From NCBI GenBank assembly GCA_963730995.1, contig CAVSUB010000013.1, positions 2,173,167 through 2,237,166 on the forward strand: 64,000 nucleotides of DNA, read 5' to 3'. The notes beneath the pieces are model-generated. The model did not search any database, was not told where the DNA came from, and saw only the letters and a program-made list of their open reading frames with translations. Source of the DNA: an uncultured Acidobacteriota bacterium. GTDB lineage: Bacteria; Acidobacteriota; Vicinamibacteria; Vicinamibacterales; 2-12-FULL-66-21. Of this stretch, positions 38,250 to 47,696 are shown one piece after another. A program made the position numbers and the translations under genes. Position 1 is the stretch's first letter. Each line of letters opens with the position of its first letter.

Positions 38250-39536
38250 ATGACGACGGTACTCGAGGATCTGGCATGGCGCGGCCTGTATGCCGACTGC
38301 ACTGACGCCGCCGCGCTGACCGAGCGGCTGGCGTCCGGACCTGTCACGCTCTACGCGGGCTTCGATCCGACAGCCGCCTCGCTGCACGTCGGCAACCTGG
38401 TGCCGCTCCTCGCGCTCCGGCGTTTTCAACTCGACGGACACAGCCCGATCGCGCTTGCCGGCGGCGCCACGGGCATGATCGGCGATCCTTCCGGCAAGGC
38501 CGACGAGCGCAGCCTCCTCACGCCGGAACAACTCGCGCACAACCTCGAGCGCATCACGCCCCAGCTCGCGAAGTTCCTCGACTTCGAGGCGGCGGGGAAT
38601 CCCGCCCGTCTCGTCAACAACTACGACTGGACCGAGCCAGTCTCTATCCTCGAATTCCTTCGAGACATCGGCAAGCACGTGTCGGTCAACTCGATGATCG
38701 GCAAGGAGTCTGTTCGCTCGCGCATGGAGGATCGCACGAGCGGCATCAGCTTCGCCGAGTTCAGCTACATGCTGCTCCAGGGATTCGACTTCTACCATCT
38801 GCGGAAGACGTACGGCTGCGAGCTCCAGGTCGGCGCGACCGATCAGTGGGGCAACATCACGGTGGGCACCGAGCTCTGCCGCAAGAAGCTGGGCGTTCCA
38901 GTGTGGGGGCTGGTCTTCCCCCTGATGACGAAAGCCGACGGGTCCAAGTACGGCAAGACGGCGACCGGAACGGTATGGCTCGATCCTGCTCGCACCTCGC
39001 CGTACCGGTTCTATCAGTTCTTCGTGAACACGGACGATGCGGACGTGATCGCGCTCCTCAAGATCCTGACGTTCCGATCGAAGGAGGAGATCGCCGAGCT
39101 TGAAGCGGCGGTACGCGACAAGCCGGAGGCACGAATCGCGCAGAAGGCGCTCGCGCACGACATGACGGCGCTGGTCCATGGCGAAGGCGCGCTCGACGGC
39201 GCGACGCGTGCCAGCGAGATTCTGTTCGGCGGCACGCTCGATGGCGTGTCCGAATCGGTTTTCGCTGACGTCGTCGGAGAGGTCCCGACGGCGGCGATCG
39301 GGAAAGAGCGATTGGACGGATCCGGCGTCCTTCCAACCGATCTCTTCGTGCACGCCGGGCTGTGCGCGTCGAAGGGGCAGGCGAGGCGGGATCTCGAGGG
39401 GGGCGGCCTGTACTTGAACAACGTGCGCTGCACCGATGTCGCACGCCCGGTCACGTCCGCGGATACGCTGTTCGGAAAATATCTGCTCTTGCGGAAAGGA
39501 CGCCGCGCTTATGCGCTCGTCACTGCAGAAGCGTAA
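38250..39536 (+). CDS. tyrS: Tyrosine--tRNA ligase.
   Basis: The class I HIGH-region variant (AGFDPTAASLHVGNLVPL), the KMSKS-like region (KYGKTATG) and the C-terminal S4-like domain are present. The overall TyrS architecture fits the 428-aa length. Confidence 0.95.
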   Translation: MTTVLEDLAWRGLYADCTDAAALTERLASGPVTLYAGFDPTAASLHVGNLVPLLALRRFQLDGHSPIALAGGATGMIGDPSGKADERSLLTPEQLAHNLERITPQLAKFLDFEAAGNPARLVNNYDWTEPVSILEFLRDIGKHVSVNSMIGKESVRSRMEDRTSGISFAEFSYMLLQGFDFYHLRKTYGCELQVGATDQWGNITVGTELCRKKLGVPVWGLVFPLMTKADGSKYGKTATGTVWLDPARTSPYRFYQFFVNTDDADVIALLKILTFRSKEEIAELEAAVRDKPEARIAQKALAHDMTALVHGEGALDGATRASEILFGGTLDGVSESVFADVVGEVPTAAIGKERLDGSGVLPTDLFVHAGLCASKGQARRDLEGGGLYLNNVRCTDVARPVTSADTLFGKYLLLRKGRRAYALVTAEA

Positions 39537-41343
39537 CGCCCTGCGCCGCTACAAACCGCAAGGGCTGACCTCGCGGTCGATCGTCCTGCTGTGGATTGCC
39601 GCCTTCGGACTGGTGGGCTTCGACGGCCAGACGACAGCCGACCCCCAGGCGCGCGCCAGTTTTCACGCCACGATCGATCCCGTCGTCGACGCACTCTGGT
39701 CGGCGTTCGACGAGCGCGCAGCGCTCGACCACGTCAGGTTCATCAGCCAGTACTGGCGCCTCCCGGGGAACACGGGTTACAACGCGTCCCTCGACCGTAT
39801 CCGCGATCGGCTCGTCAGCGCGGGCTTCGCGGCAAATGCCTCGGCCACAGCGCCGCGCGTTGTTGTAGAGGAGTACGCGAATTCCGGGCATGCGTGGGAA
39901 TACACGACAGGGACCGTCGCGATCGTTCGCCCTGGCGCGCAGGACGAAATCGTGCTCTCCCGGGACAAAGACCGCCTGGCGCTCTGCATCAATTCCTTTT
40001 CCACAGCGCCCGAAGGCGTGGTCGCCCGCCTCGTGGACGTCGGCGCCGGACGAGACGCCGACTACCTTGGCAAGGATCTCAAAGGCGCTGTCGCGCTCGG
40101 CGACGCCGAGACGGCCGCGTTGTGGCGCAAAGCGGTCGTCGAAGACGGTGCGATTGGTGTCATCTCAACGGCGCTCCCGTCCTATCTCGACGCCGATCCG
40201 CCAGGCGCCACAGTCCGCACGCCTCGAGATCAGTGGGACATCCTGCAGTGGAGCAGCATCCCGTACGACGAGAGCAGAAAGGGCTTCGGCTTCAAGGCCA
40301 CGCCGCGCGCGGCCGCGCGGCTCCGGCGCGCGTTGACGTCCAACGGCGGCGCCGCGGCACCGTCGGTCCGCGTCACCGTTGCGAGCACCTCCTCCACCGC
40401 GCCCGTACGCTCGCTCATCGCGGAGATTCCCGGCCGGATCGCGCCCGACGAGCGGATCGTGATCGCTGCGCACGTGCAGGAGCCGGGCGCAAACGACAAC
40501 GCGAGCGGCGTCGCCACCGGAGCCGAGATGGCTGTCGCCCTGGCGAAGTCGATTCGAGAAGGACGCGTCCCCCCGCCGTCACGCACCCTCACGTTCCTCT
40601 TCATCACCGAGATCGCCGGGAGCCGGCAATGGCTGCAGAGGGTGGGATCAGACCCACCCGGAACAGGCGCAGCCAGGCATGTCAGGTACATGTTTTCGAT
40701 GGACATGACCGGCGAGGACGTGACGAAGACGGGCGGCACGTTTCTTATAGAGCGTTTCCCGGATCCGGGGGCCGTTTGGGATCGGCCATGGGATCCGCAC
40801 ACCCAGTGGGGACGCGGCAGCGTCAAGGCGGAGAACCTCAAAGGCGACCTGATCACCGACGCGCACCTGGCGGTCTGCCAACGCGTCGCGAGGAAGACTG
40901 GCTGGGACGTGAGAACGAACCCCTACGAAGGCGGTAGCGATCACACCGTGTTTGGCGCCGCCGGGATTCCCTCGGTTCTCGACTGGCACTTCACCGACCG
41001 CTACTACCACACCAACTTCGACACGCCGGACAAGACGAGCCCTGCCGAGATGAGGAACGTCGGAGTGGCCGTGGCCGCTACGGCCTGGCTCTTCGCGTCG
41101 GCCACGGAATCCGTGGCGCTCGACGTGGCGCGCGTAGTCGCCTCCGCGGGGGAAGCGCGGCTCGCCAGAGAGCAGACCGACGGAGCCACGCTCCCATCGG
41201 CTGACCTCGTCATACCGGCCTGGCGAAAGTGGTACGCCGAAGCCGTCAGAAGCGCCGACCGGCTGGTCGTCGGAGCACCTTCGGCGGACTTTGCCGGCCG
41301 CCTGCGAACGCTCTCCGCTCCGTTCGATTCCCCGTCGCGCTGA
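39511..41343 (+). CDS. M28-family peptidase (aminopeptidase with a PA domain), secreted/membrane-anchored.
   Basis: An N-terminal transmembrane/signal segment (IVLLWIAAFGLVGF) is followed by M28 zinc-ligand context (IAAHVQEPGANDNASGVA...FSMDMTG...GGSDHTVF). The start is uncertain, and the ATG at 39511 overlaps the tyrS 3' end. Confidence 0.75.
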   Translation: MRSSLQKRNALRRYKPQGLTSRSIVLLWIAAFGLVGFDGQTTADPQARASFHATIDPVVDALWSAFDERAALDHVRFISQYWRLPGNTGYNASLDRIRDRLVSAGFAANASATAPRVVVEEYANSGHAWEYTTGTVAIVRPGAQDEIVLSRDKDRLALCINSFSTAPEGVVARLVDVGAGRDADYLGKDLKGAVALGDAETAALWRKAVVEDGAIGVISTALPSYLDADPPGATVRTPRDQWDILQWSSIPYDESRKGFGFKATPRAAARLRRALTSNGGAAAPSVRVTVASTSSTAPVRSLIAEIPGRIAPDERIVIAAHVQEPGANDNASGVATGAEMAVALAKSIREGRVPPPSRTLTFLFITEIAGSRQWLQRVGSDPPGTGAARHVRYMFSMDMTGEDVTKTGGTFLIERFPDPGAVWDRPWDPHTQWGRGSVKAENLKGDLITDAHLAVCQRVARKTGWDVRTNPYEGGSDHTVFGAAGIPSVLDWHFTDRYYHTNFDTPDKTSPAEMRNVGVAVAATAWLFASATESVALDVARVVASAGEARLAREQTDGATLPSADLVIPAWRKWYAEAVRSADRLVVGAPSADFAGRLRTLSAPFDSPSR

Positions 41344-41487
41344 AGGACACACCTTCTCCGTGCCCTTCGCCGCGCGTCACGACCGCTGCGCCGCGGCGTC
41401 ACAGCGTCGACGACCGCAGGAGCGCGGACTTTGTTTTGGTCCAGCTTTGGCCTACGATGAGGTGCTTCCTTGCCAGCGGGGACCACG

Positions 41488-42615
41488 ATGATGCGGCATT
41501 CCATCGTTCGGCAATCCGTTGCGCTCGCCCTGGCGTGCGCAGGCGCGGCGGTCATGCCAGACGACCGTGCGATCGGTCAGGAAGGTTTCCGGTTTCACTC
41601 GAGCATCGAGCTCGTCAACGTCACGGCGACCGTTACCGACAATTCCGGACACTTCGTGCCCGGGCTGAAGCAGACCGACTTCCTCGTGTTCGAGGACGAT
41701 CAACCGGTTGAGGTCACACAGTTCAGCTCCGAGCGCGTTGCGGTCAGCCTCGGGATCGTGCTGGACACCAGCGGCAGCATGGACGGGCAGAAGATCAATG
41801 CCGCGCGGGTGGCGCTCGAGCGGCTCCTCCTCGATCTGCTCGGCGACGACGACGAAGTGTTCCTGTATCGGTTCGACAACTCACCCCATCTTGTCCAGGG
41901 CTGGACGAGCGATCGGAACCTCATTCGAGACGAGCTCCGCCGCATTCCGACGGACGGCGCGACAGCGCTCTACGATGCCGTGGCCCAGGCGCTTCCTCTA
42001 CTTGAGTCAGGCCGTCATCGCAAGAAAGCGCTCCTCGTCATCTCCGACGGCAACGACACCAGCAGCAAGATCGACCTGCCGCGGCTGAAGCAGCTGATTC
42101 GCGAATCAGAGGCGCTCGTCTACGCGATTGGAATCGACGCCCAGGCTACCAGCGCGACGACCGGAAATGGCGCGGTTCGCGATAACCGGATGTTCGAGCA
42201 GCGAAGACGGCCTTTCCCGATTCCGCCTCCGTTTCCCGGTCCGAGAGTCCCTCCGCGCACCCCGCCGGTGCCCGGAACGCCGCCCGGCACCGCACCTCCG
42301 CCGCGCCAGCCGCGGACGCCACCGTCCGACGAACCGGGCAGCAACAGCGCCGGCGCGCGTCGAGGGGATGAGCCGGTCAACACCAATGCGCTGCACGACG
42401 TGACGGACGACAGCGGCGGTCGGACCGAGGTCCTGCGGGATGCGAAGGATCTCGGACCCGCGACCGCACGTATCGCAGACGAGTTGAGCAAGCAGTACTA
42501 CCTGGGATATCCGAGCCGCGCGCGGCATGACGGCCAGTGGCACGCGATCAGAGTCGAGATCCGGGATCGGTCGTTCAATGTCAGGGCGAGGAAGGGGTAC
42601 CGGGCGCCCTCCTAG
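41488..42615 (+). CDS. VWA-domain protein (Acidobacterial VWFA-related family), secreted.
   Basis: A signal peptide is followed by a VWA MIDAS-type motif (LDTSGSMDG). A Pro-rich linker (PFPIPPPFPGPRVPPRTPPVPGTPPGTAPPP) and a C-terminal conserved tail (KQYYLGYPS...RARKGYRAP) complete the protein. Confidence 0.85.
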   Translation: MMRHSIVRQSVALALACAGAAVMPDDRAIGQEGFRFHSSIELVNVTATVTDNSGHFVPGLKQTDFLVFEDDQPVEVTQFSSERVAVSLGIVLDTSGSMDGQKINAARVALERLLLDLLGDDDEVFLYRFDNSPHLVQGWTSDRNLIRDELRRIPTDGATALYDAVAQALPLLESGRHRKKALLVISDGNDTSSKIDLPRLKQLIRESEALVYAIGIDAQATSATTGNGAVRDNRMFEQRRRPFPIPPPFPGPRVPPRTPPVPGTPPGTAPPPRQPRTPPSDEPGSNSAGARRGDEPVNTNALHDVTDDSGGRTEVLRDAKDLGPATARIADELSKQYYLGYPSRARHDGQWHAIRVEIRDRSFNVRARKGYRAPS

Positions 42616-42738
42616 GGTTCTAGGTTCTAGAGGTTCTAGAGGTTCTAAGGTTCTGGGTTCTAGGGTTCCGGCGCCAGTGCCCTGAACCTAGAACCAGGAA
42701 CCCTTAGAACCTTTAGAACCCTGGAACCCTGGAACCTA
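42613..42738 (+). repeat. Tandem-octamer inverted-repeat element, (GGTTCTAG)n - centre - (CTAGAACC)n, that fills the whole convergent intergenic gap.
   Basis: About 7 GGTTCTAG-like units (42616..42669) precede a cGGCGCCagtgccct centre, which is followed by about 7 complementary TAGAACC/GGAACC units (42682..42736). The arms pair with G.U wobbles and bulges into a 50-55-bp interrupted stem. The element spans exactly from the VWA stop to the mgtE stop. Confidence 0.8.
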
Positions 42739-44166
42739 CAAGAGGGTCCCATGCAGGACCACCAGCGCGACGGTGAAGTAGATCACCAATCCCGTCACGT
42801 CGACCAGCGTCGCGACGAACGGTGCCGACGACGCTGCGGGATCGAATCCCAGTCGGCGCATCAGCAGCGGCAGGAGTGAGCCGGTCAGCGTTCCCCACAA
42901 CACCACACCGACGAGAGACAGGGCCACGGTCCAGGCAATCAGGAGCCAGTGCTGGCCATAGGTGTCCGCGAACGCCGACCACAGCGTGATTCGGAGAAAA
43001 CCAATCGTTCCGAGGATCAACCCAAGGGCGACACCGGCCAGGATCTCGCGGCGCATCACACGCCACCAGTCGCGGAGACCGACCTCGCCCAGCGCCAGGG
43101 CGCGGATGACGAGCGTCGCCGCCTGGGATCCCGAGTTGCCGCCGCTCGAGATGATGAGTGGAACGAACAGCGCGAGGACGACAGCCTTCGTGATCTCCTG
43201 CTCGAAGGATGCCATCGCCGTTGCGGTCAGCATCTCGCCGAGGAAGAGCGCGGTCAGCCATCCGGCGCGCTTCTGAATCATCCGTCCGAAGCCGATGTCC
43301 ATGTAAGGCTCATCCAGTGCTTCCGATCCACCGATTCGCTGGATCTCTCGCGTCGCGGTCGCTTCCGCCACGTCCAGCACGTCGTCGATGGTGACGATGC
43401 CGATGAGCATTCCGGTTGTGTCGGTCACGGGCAGAGCGCTGCGGTCGTACTCGCGGAACACGGCGACGGCGGCCGTCTGATCGTCCGTCGCTTTCAGCGA
43501 CACGAAGCGCCTGTCCATGAGATCCGCGACCTTCCTGTCGACGGGGGCCAGCAGGAACTCCCGAATGCGGATGTCGTCGATCAGCAGACCCTGCTCGTCG
43601 ATCACGTAGATGACGTTCAGGGTCTCGCTGTCCTGCCCGTGAGCGCGAACGTAGTCGAGCACTTCGCGGACGGTCCAGCCTTCGCGAATCGCCACGTAGT
43701 GCGGCGTCATCAGCCGCCCGATCGAGCGCTCGGGATACCCGAGCAGCGTGACCGCGACCGATCGCTCCTTTGGCGTGAGGAGGCCCAGAAGCTGGCGTGT
43801 GGCCGTCGCCGGCAGCTCCTCGAGGAACATCGTGCGGTCGTCCGGCGCCATGTCGTTCAGCAGCGCAGCCACGTCCTCCTGGGCCATCGCCTTGAGCAGC
43901 GTGTCTTTCGCGTCGTGTTCGAGGTATTCGAAGACGGTGGCCGCATCTTTCCTGGGCATCACGCGGAACACGACGACCTGGTCTTCGATGCTCATCTCCG
44001 TCAGCAGGGCGGCGAGCTCTCCTGCATGACGGTTGCGGATCATGTCGCGGAGCCGCGCGTAGTCCCGCGCACGCAGCACCGCGGCCAGTTCGTCGGCGAG
44101 CCTGGCGATCTGGCGAACGACGCCCAGCGCCTCCTCGCGTTGCGGTCCGTTGAGTTGCTGTTCCAT
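42736..44166 (-). CDS. mgtE: Magnesium transporter MgtE (core gene, 476 aa if started at the internal ATG at 44166).
   Basis: The MgtE N domain, CBS pair (IGRLMTPHYVAIREGWTVREVLDYV...; VADLMDRRFVSLKATDD...) and MgtE transmembrane domain (ISSGGNSGSQAA...) are present. The ORF stays open upstream for a further 402 codons; see the next feature. Confidence 0.7.
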   Translation of the reverse strand: MEQQLNGPQREEALGVVRQIARLADELAAVLRARDYARLRDMIRNRHAGELAALLTEMSIEDQVVVFRVMPRKDAATVFEYLEHDAKDTLLKAMAQEDVAALLNDMAPDDRTMFLEELPATATRQLLGLLTPKERSVAVTLLGYPERSIGRLMTPHYVAIREGWTVREVLDYVRAHGQDSETLNVIYVIDEQGLLIDDIRIREFLLAPVDRKVADLMDRRFVSLKATDDQTAAVAVFREYDRSALPVTDTTGMLIGIVTIDDVLDVAEATATREIQRIGGSEALDEPYMDIGFGRMIQKRAGWLTALFLGEMLTATAMASFEQEITKAVVLALFVPLIISSGGNSGSQAATLVIRALALGEVGLRDWWRVMRREILAGVALGLILGTIGFLRITLWSAFADTYGQHWLLIAWTVALSLVGVVLWGTLTGSLLPLLMRRLGFDPAASSAPFVATLVDVTGLVIYFTVALVVLHGTLL

Positions 44167-46267
44167 TTGTCTGAGCGCGGCCCTCACGACGTCGTGGTGG
44201 TGCACGTGCGGGCCAATGGCTTTCGTGACGTCGAGCCAGAGGCGGTGAATCTGATCCAGATCGGCGGCGGTGAGCGATGGAGGATGCGCGCCAAGGTGAT
44301 ACGAGTCGGTGCGCCCGCTGCGATGGTAGACGACCAGCCGGACGTCGAGCGGCTCGGGCTTGGCGGCATTCTCCCAAGCCTCGCCGAGGAGCCGGGCCTG
44401 CTCGTCGGCCGACAGAGTCGCCGATTCCCCGACGTGCACGTCCGACGATCGAAGCCGCAGGATGGTCGAGACAATCGCGTCGAACACGTTGTGCGCGGGC
44501 ACGATCAGCAGGCGCACCGAACGCCCCTGGCGCTCCGCGACCGCAATCACTTCAGACAGCAGCCGCTGTTCCGCAAGGGTCGGCGCGGCGTCGGTCGCCG
44601 CGTCTTCCGCCACGTCCAGCCCGACGAGCCGAACCGTCATGACCACGACGTCGCGATCGCGCGCCGCCTGCAGGGCCGAATGCAGGTGCGTCAGTGCGCG
44701 CGGGTTGCGCACTGGGACCAGGACGTTGCCGACGCGCGCGTCGATGTGATCGAGCGACAGCTCGGCCGCCGGAAGGAGATCGAGCGTCGCCGGGCTGTCG
44801 GCGACCACGCGGGACTCGACATCACGCGCGCCGAACGTGAAAAGGACCGTCAACCCACCGATCAGCGCGACAGTAGCAATGGAAGGGCCGTCGCCCATCG
44901 CGATCATGGCAAGAGCGCTCACGCCAACGATCAGACCGGAGCCGATGACGCCCAGCGGGATCTCGCGGCGGCCGACCTGCAGGTTCGCACCAGCCTTGAA
45001 CGGCTTCGGCTCCGTGCGCTTGCGACGCAATCTGAGGAGCGTCGCCGCTTTGAGCGCGACGCTGGCCGCCACGGCAATGGCATAGGCACGCCCGAGCCAT
45101 TCCACTCGGCCGCTCCCGGCGAGGATGATCAGGATCGTCGCCGCAGCCGCGACGTCGATCGCGCGCGCGGGCGTGCCGAATCGCGAGTGCAGCGCCGCGA
45201 GACCCTCCGGCAGAATGCCCTGGGTCGAAAGCCCCTCGAGCATGTGCTCGGCGTCGCCCAGCGCGGCGTGGGCGGCCGGCACGAGCATCAGGACTGCCGC
45301 GATGACGAGGCCGATTGCCAGGACGTCGCGCAGCCATCGCGGCGCGGCCAGATGCTGCGCAAGACCAGCCATGCGGCGCGGTGATCCAGGCGGCTTGCTC
45401 TGTCGCCGGTATCAGAAGAGCAAACAGGAACGTGGTGAGTGTTGTCACGAACAGCGCGAACACCAACGTCAGGAGAGCGGTCCGGCGCAGTGCCTGCACG
45501 CGAGGCGGCTCCAGCTCGTGCGCCGCCTGGGCGAGCACTTCCCCGCCACCAATCGCGGGAAGGACGAGACAGAGGCCCGTCAGGCAGGTCAGCCCCGCGT
45601 CGAGGTACCAACGCAGCGTCGGGACGGGCGCCGGCAGCGAGACGAGCGGGGCGAGAGGCGGGGCCGTCCGCACCGCGCTGACCACACTCCACAGAGCCGT
45701 CAGTACGAGCACGCCTACGCCAATCCAGACGCCGCGGGCGATCGTGTCCGACCGGAGGTCCAATCCGACGCGCGCCCGAATCCACAGCAGCCCCACCATC
45801 ACTACCGCGAGCATCGTCGCGAAGTCTTCGGGCCTGAGGAGACCTGTGAGCCGGAGCCCGGCTATGGCGGTCACGGCGACACCTGACGCATAGTGCCCCG
45901 CGACGACGACCGCGAGCGCGGCGAGAACGAACCGCTCGGTCAGCACCGTCGCGGCGGCCGTGCCGGCCAGCGAGGGGCCGAAGGCGTACTCGACGCGCCC
46001 GACGAACCCGCCGGGGATGAACACGGCCCAGCTCTCGATATCGATGGCGCGGACGAATGCCGCCAGAACGACTGCGGCCAGCACGAACCATCCAGCGCGC
46101 GGGCCGAGAACGGCAGTACTGACGCCGGCGATGAAGAACGCCGCGGCGCCAAGCTGCGCGAGCGCCAGCGCAGCCGCCTTCCGCACGGACATGAACGAGA
46201 GCAGCGCCGTCGAAGAGAGGACGACGCGCACACGGCGCCGGGGATCGATCAGAGGAACGAGCGGCAT
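44167..46267 (-). pseudogene. APC-family amino-acid permease with a C-terminal Usp-like domain, +1-frameshifted near 45340..45400 and reading through in frame into mgtE.
   Basis: ORF 44822..46567 (from the ATG at 46267) encodes about 8 transmembrane helices, including the APC signature ...ESWAVFIPGGFVGRVEYAFG. The last transmembrane helices and a Usp-like domain (NVLVPVRNPRALTHLHSALQAARDRDVVVMTV...) continue in the +1 frame, ORF 42736..45372. No stop codon separates this region from mgtE. Confidence 0.5.
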
Positions 46268-46421
46268 GAGTCCGAATGGCCGTGGCACCACGCGCGGCAG
46301 ATCGCGCCAGTCGCGAAACCGGGAGGAGTCACCCTGCAACGATATCGCCACTCGGGGTTCGAACGATAGAGCGACTTGAAGGGAGCGCGGTGAAAAAGGG
46401 CTGCGCCTGCGATCGGCGCGC

Positions 46422-47546
46422 TCAGCGGACCGTGCACGCGGCGACTTCACGAGCGATCGGGACGAGCGAGAGGCCGAAGCCTCCGCCAAAGCCACGCTGA
46501 CCGCCAAAGCCGCCGCGCGTGGATCGAATGAAGACGCTCGACCCGTCGACAGGAAACCCATTGGCATTCGCGCAGAACCGCTCCCAGAGGCCGTCCTGGC
46601 GGAGGTACTGTTCGACGTTCGAGACGTAGAACGCCGAGACGATCATCCCCCGCTGCCTGAGGTACGAGGCCACCGCGCGCAGCGCTTTTGTTCCGCCGAA
46701 GTTTCCGACCACGGGTACGACCATGTTCCGCGACTCGAGATCCTTCACGAACGCGAACGACGCCTCGGAAGCGAGGTAGCTGCGATTGCGGCCCTCGCCA
46801 TCTGTCGACGTCATCAGGTCGGCGTAGGTCGGAAACCCACCGGGTCCTCCGCGCCCGCCAAAACCGCCGTTCGTCAGCTCGTAGTGGATGTCGGGGCCCT
46901 GCTTGAACCACGCGTCGTATACGAACGCGAGACCGCGTTTGTCGTCCGGCGACAGCGCAAAGCCGTGCTTCGTGGTCAGGTGAGCCCAGACGGCCGCGAG
47001 ATTGCGTTCGTACAGTGCCGGACTCGGGGCGGCCTTCTCGTACGCCGAAAAGATCGCGGTCGCGGAAGGCGACGGTGCCAGATCGGCCGGCCGTTTCCGC
47101 GAGAACAGCCGCGACACGAAATCGGCACGATCGGCGGACAGCTCGAACAGCGCCTTGTACAGGAGGTGCAGGTCGAAATTGCCGCGTCGGACGTCGACAA
47201 TGAAGGCGAGCGAGGGCCGTACGGTGGCGATGTAGCTGAAGTTCTGCTCGGAACCGACTCCGACGTACGCGCGACCCGAGACGGCGGTCGCTTCCAGCTG
47301 AGGAAGGATCGATTGGAAGCCCGCCTCGTTCGAGACCAGGTTCTCGGAGTGGAATGTGCCATCCGGCTCCGAGAAGCCGGACGCCAGCTTCCAGAACTCC
47401 TGATCGGTCAGTCGGGACGCCGTTACAGGAGCCGTCCCCCGCACGCGGGCAGGCGCGACAAGAAGAAGCGCGGCCAGCAGGAGGCCGGCGATCGCAGCAC
47501 CTGCCGCGATTCGGCGGTTACTCCTGGATGAGGCGTGTCCGCCCAT
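46422..47546 (-). CDS. Secreted hypothetical protein.
   Basis: The roughly 375-aa product has a signal peptide (RRIAAGAAIAGLLLAALLLVAPARV) and a protein-like composition. Gly-rich GGFGG repeats occur near both ends. The alternative start is at 47576. Confidence 0.55.
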   Translation of the reverse strand: MGGHASSRSNRRIAAGAAIAGLLLAALLLVAPARVRGTAPVTASRLTDQEFWKLASGFSEPDGTFHSENLVSNEAGFQSILPQLEATAVSGRAYVGVGSEQNFSYIATVRPSLAFIVDVRRGNFDLHLLYKALFELSADRADFVSRLFSRKRPADLAPSPSATAIFSAYEKAAPSPALYERNLAAVWAHLTTKHGFALSPDDKRGLAFVYDAWFKQGPDIHYELTNGGFGGRGGPGGFPTYADLMTSTDGEGRNRSYLASEASFAFVKDLESRNMVVPVVGNFGGTKALRAVASYLRQRGMIVSAFYVSNVEQYLRQDGLWERFCANANGFPVDGSSVFIRSTRGGFGGQRGFGGGFGLSLVPIAREVAACTVR

Positions 47547-47696
47547 CGGGTCGATCCTCGTGATCATCGTGCACATATTGTCCTCGCGACGGCCATCGTC
47601 GTCGAGGCCCCACGCATTCGGCCGGTTCAAGGTCGGCCGACGCAAAGCTCCAGGGCGCTGATCCTCCAAGGTGCGGCGGTGTAGACTTGCCCGCTA

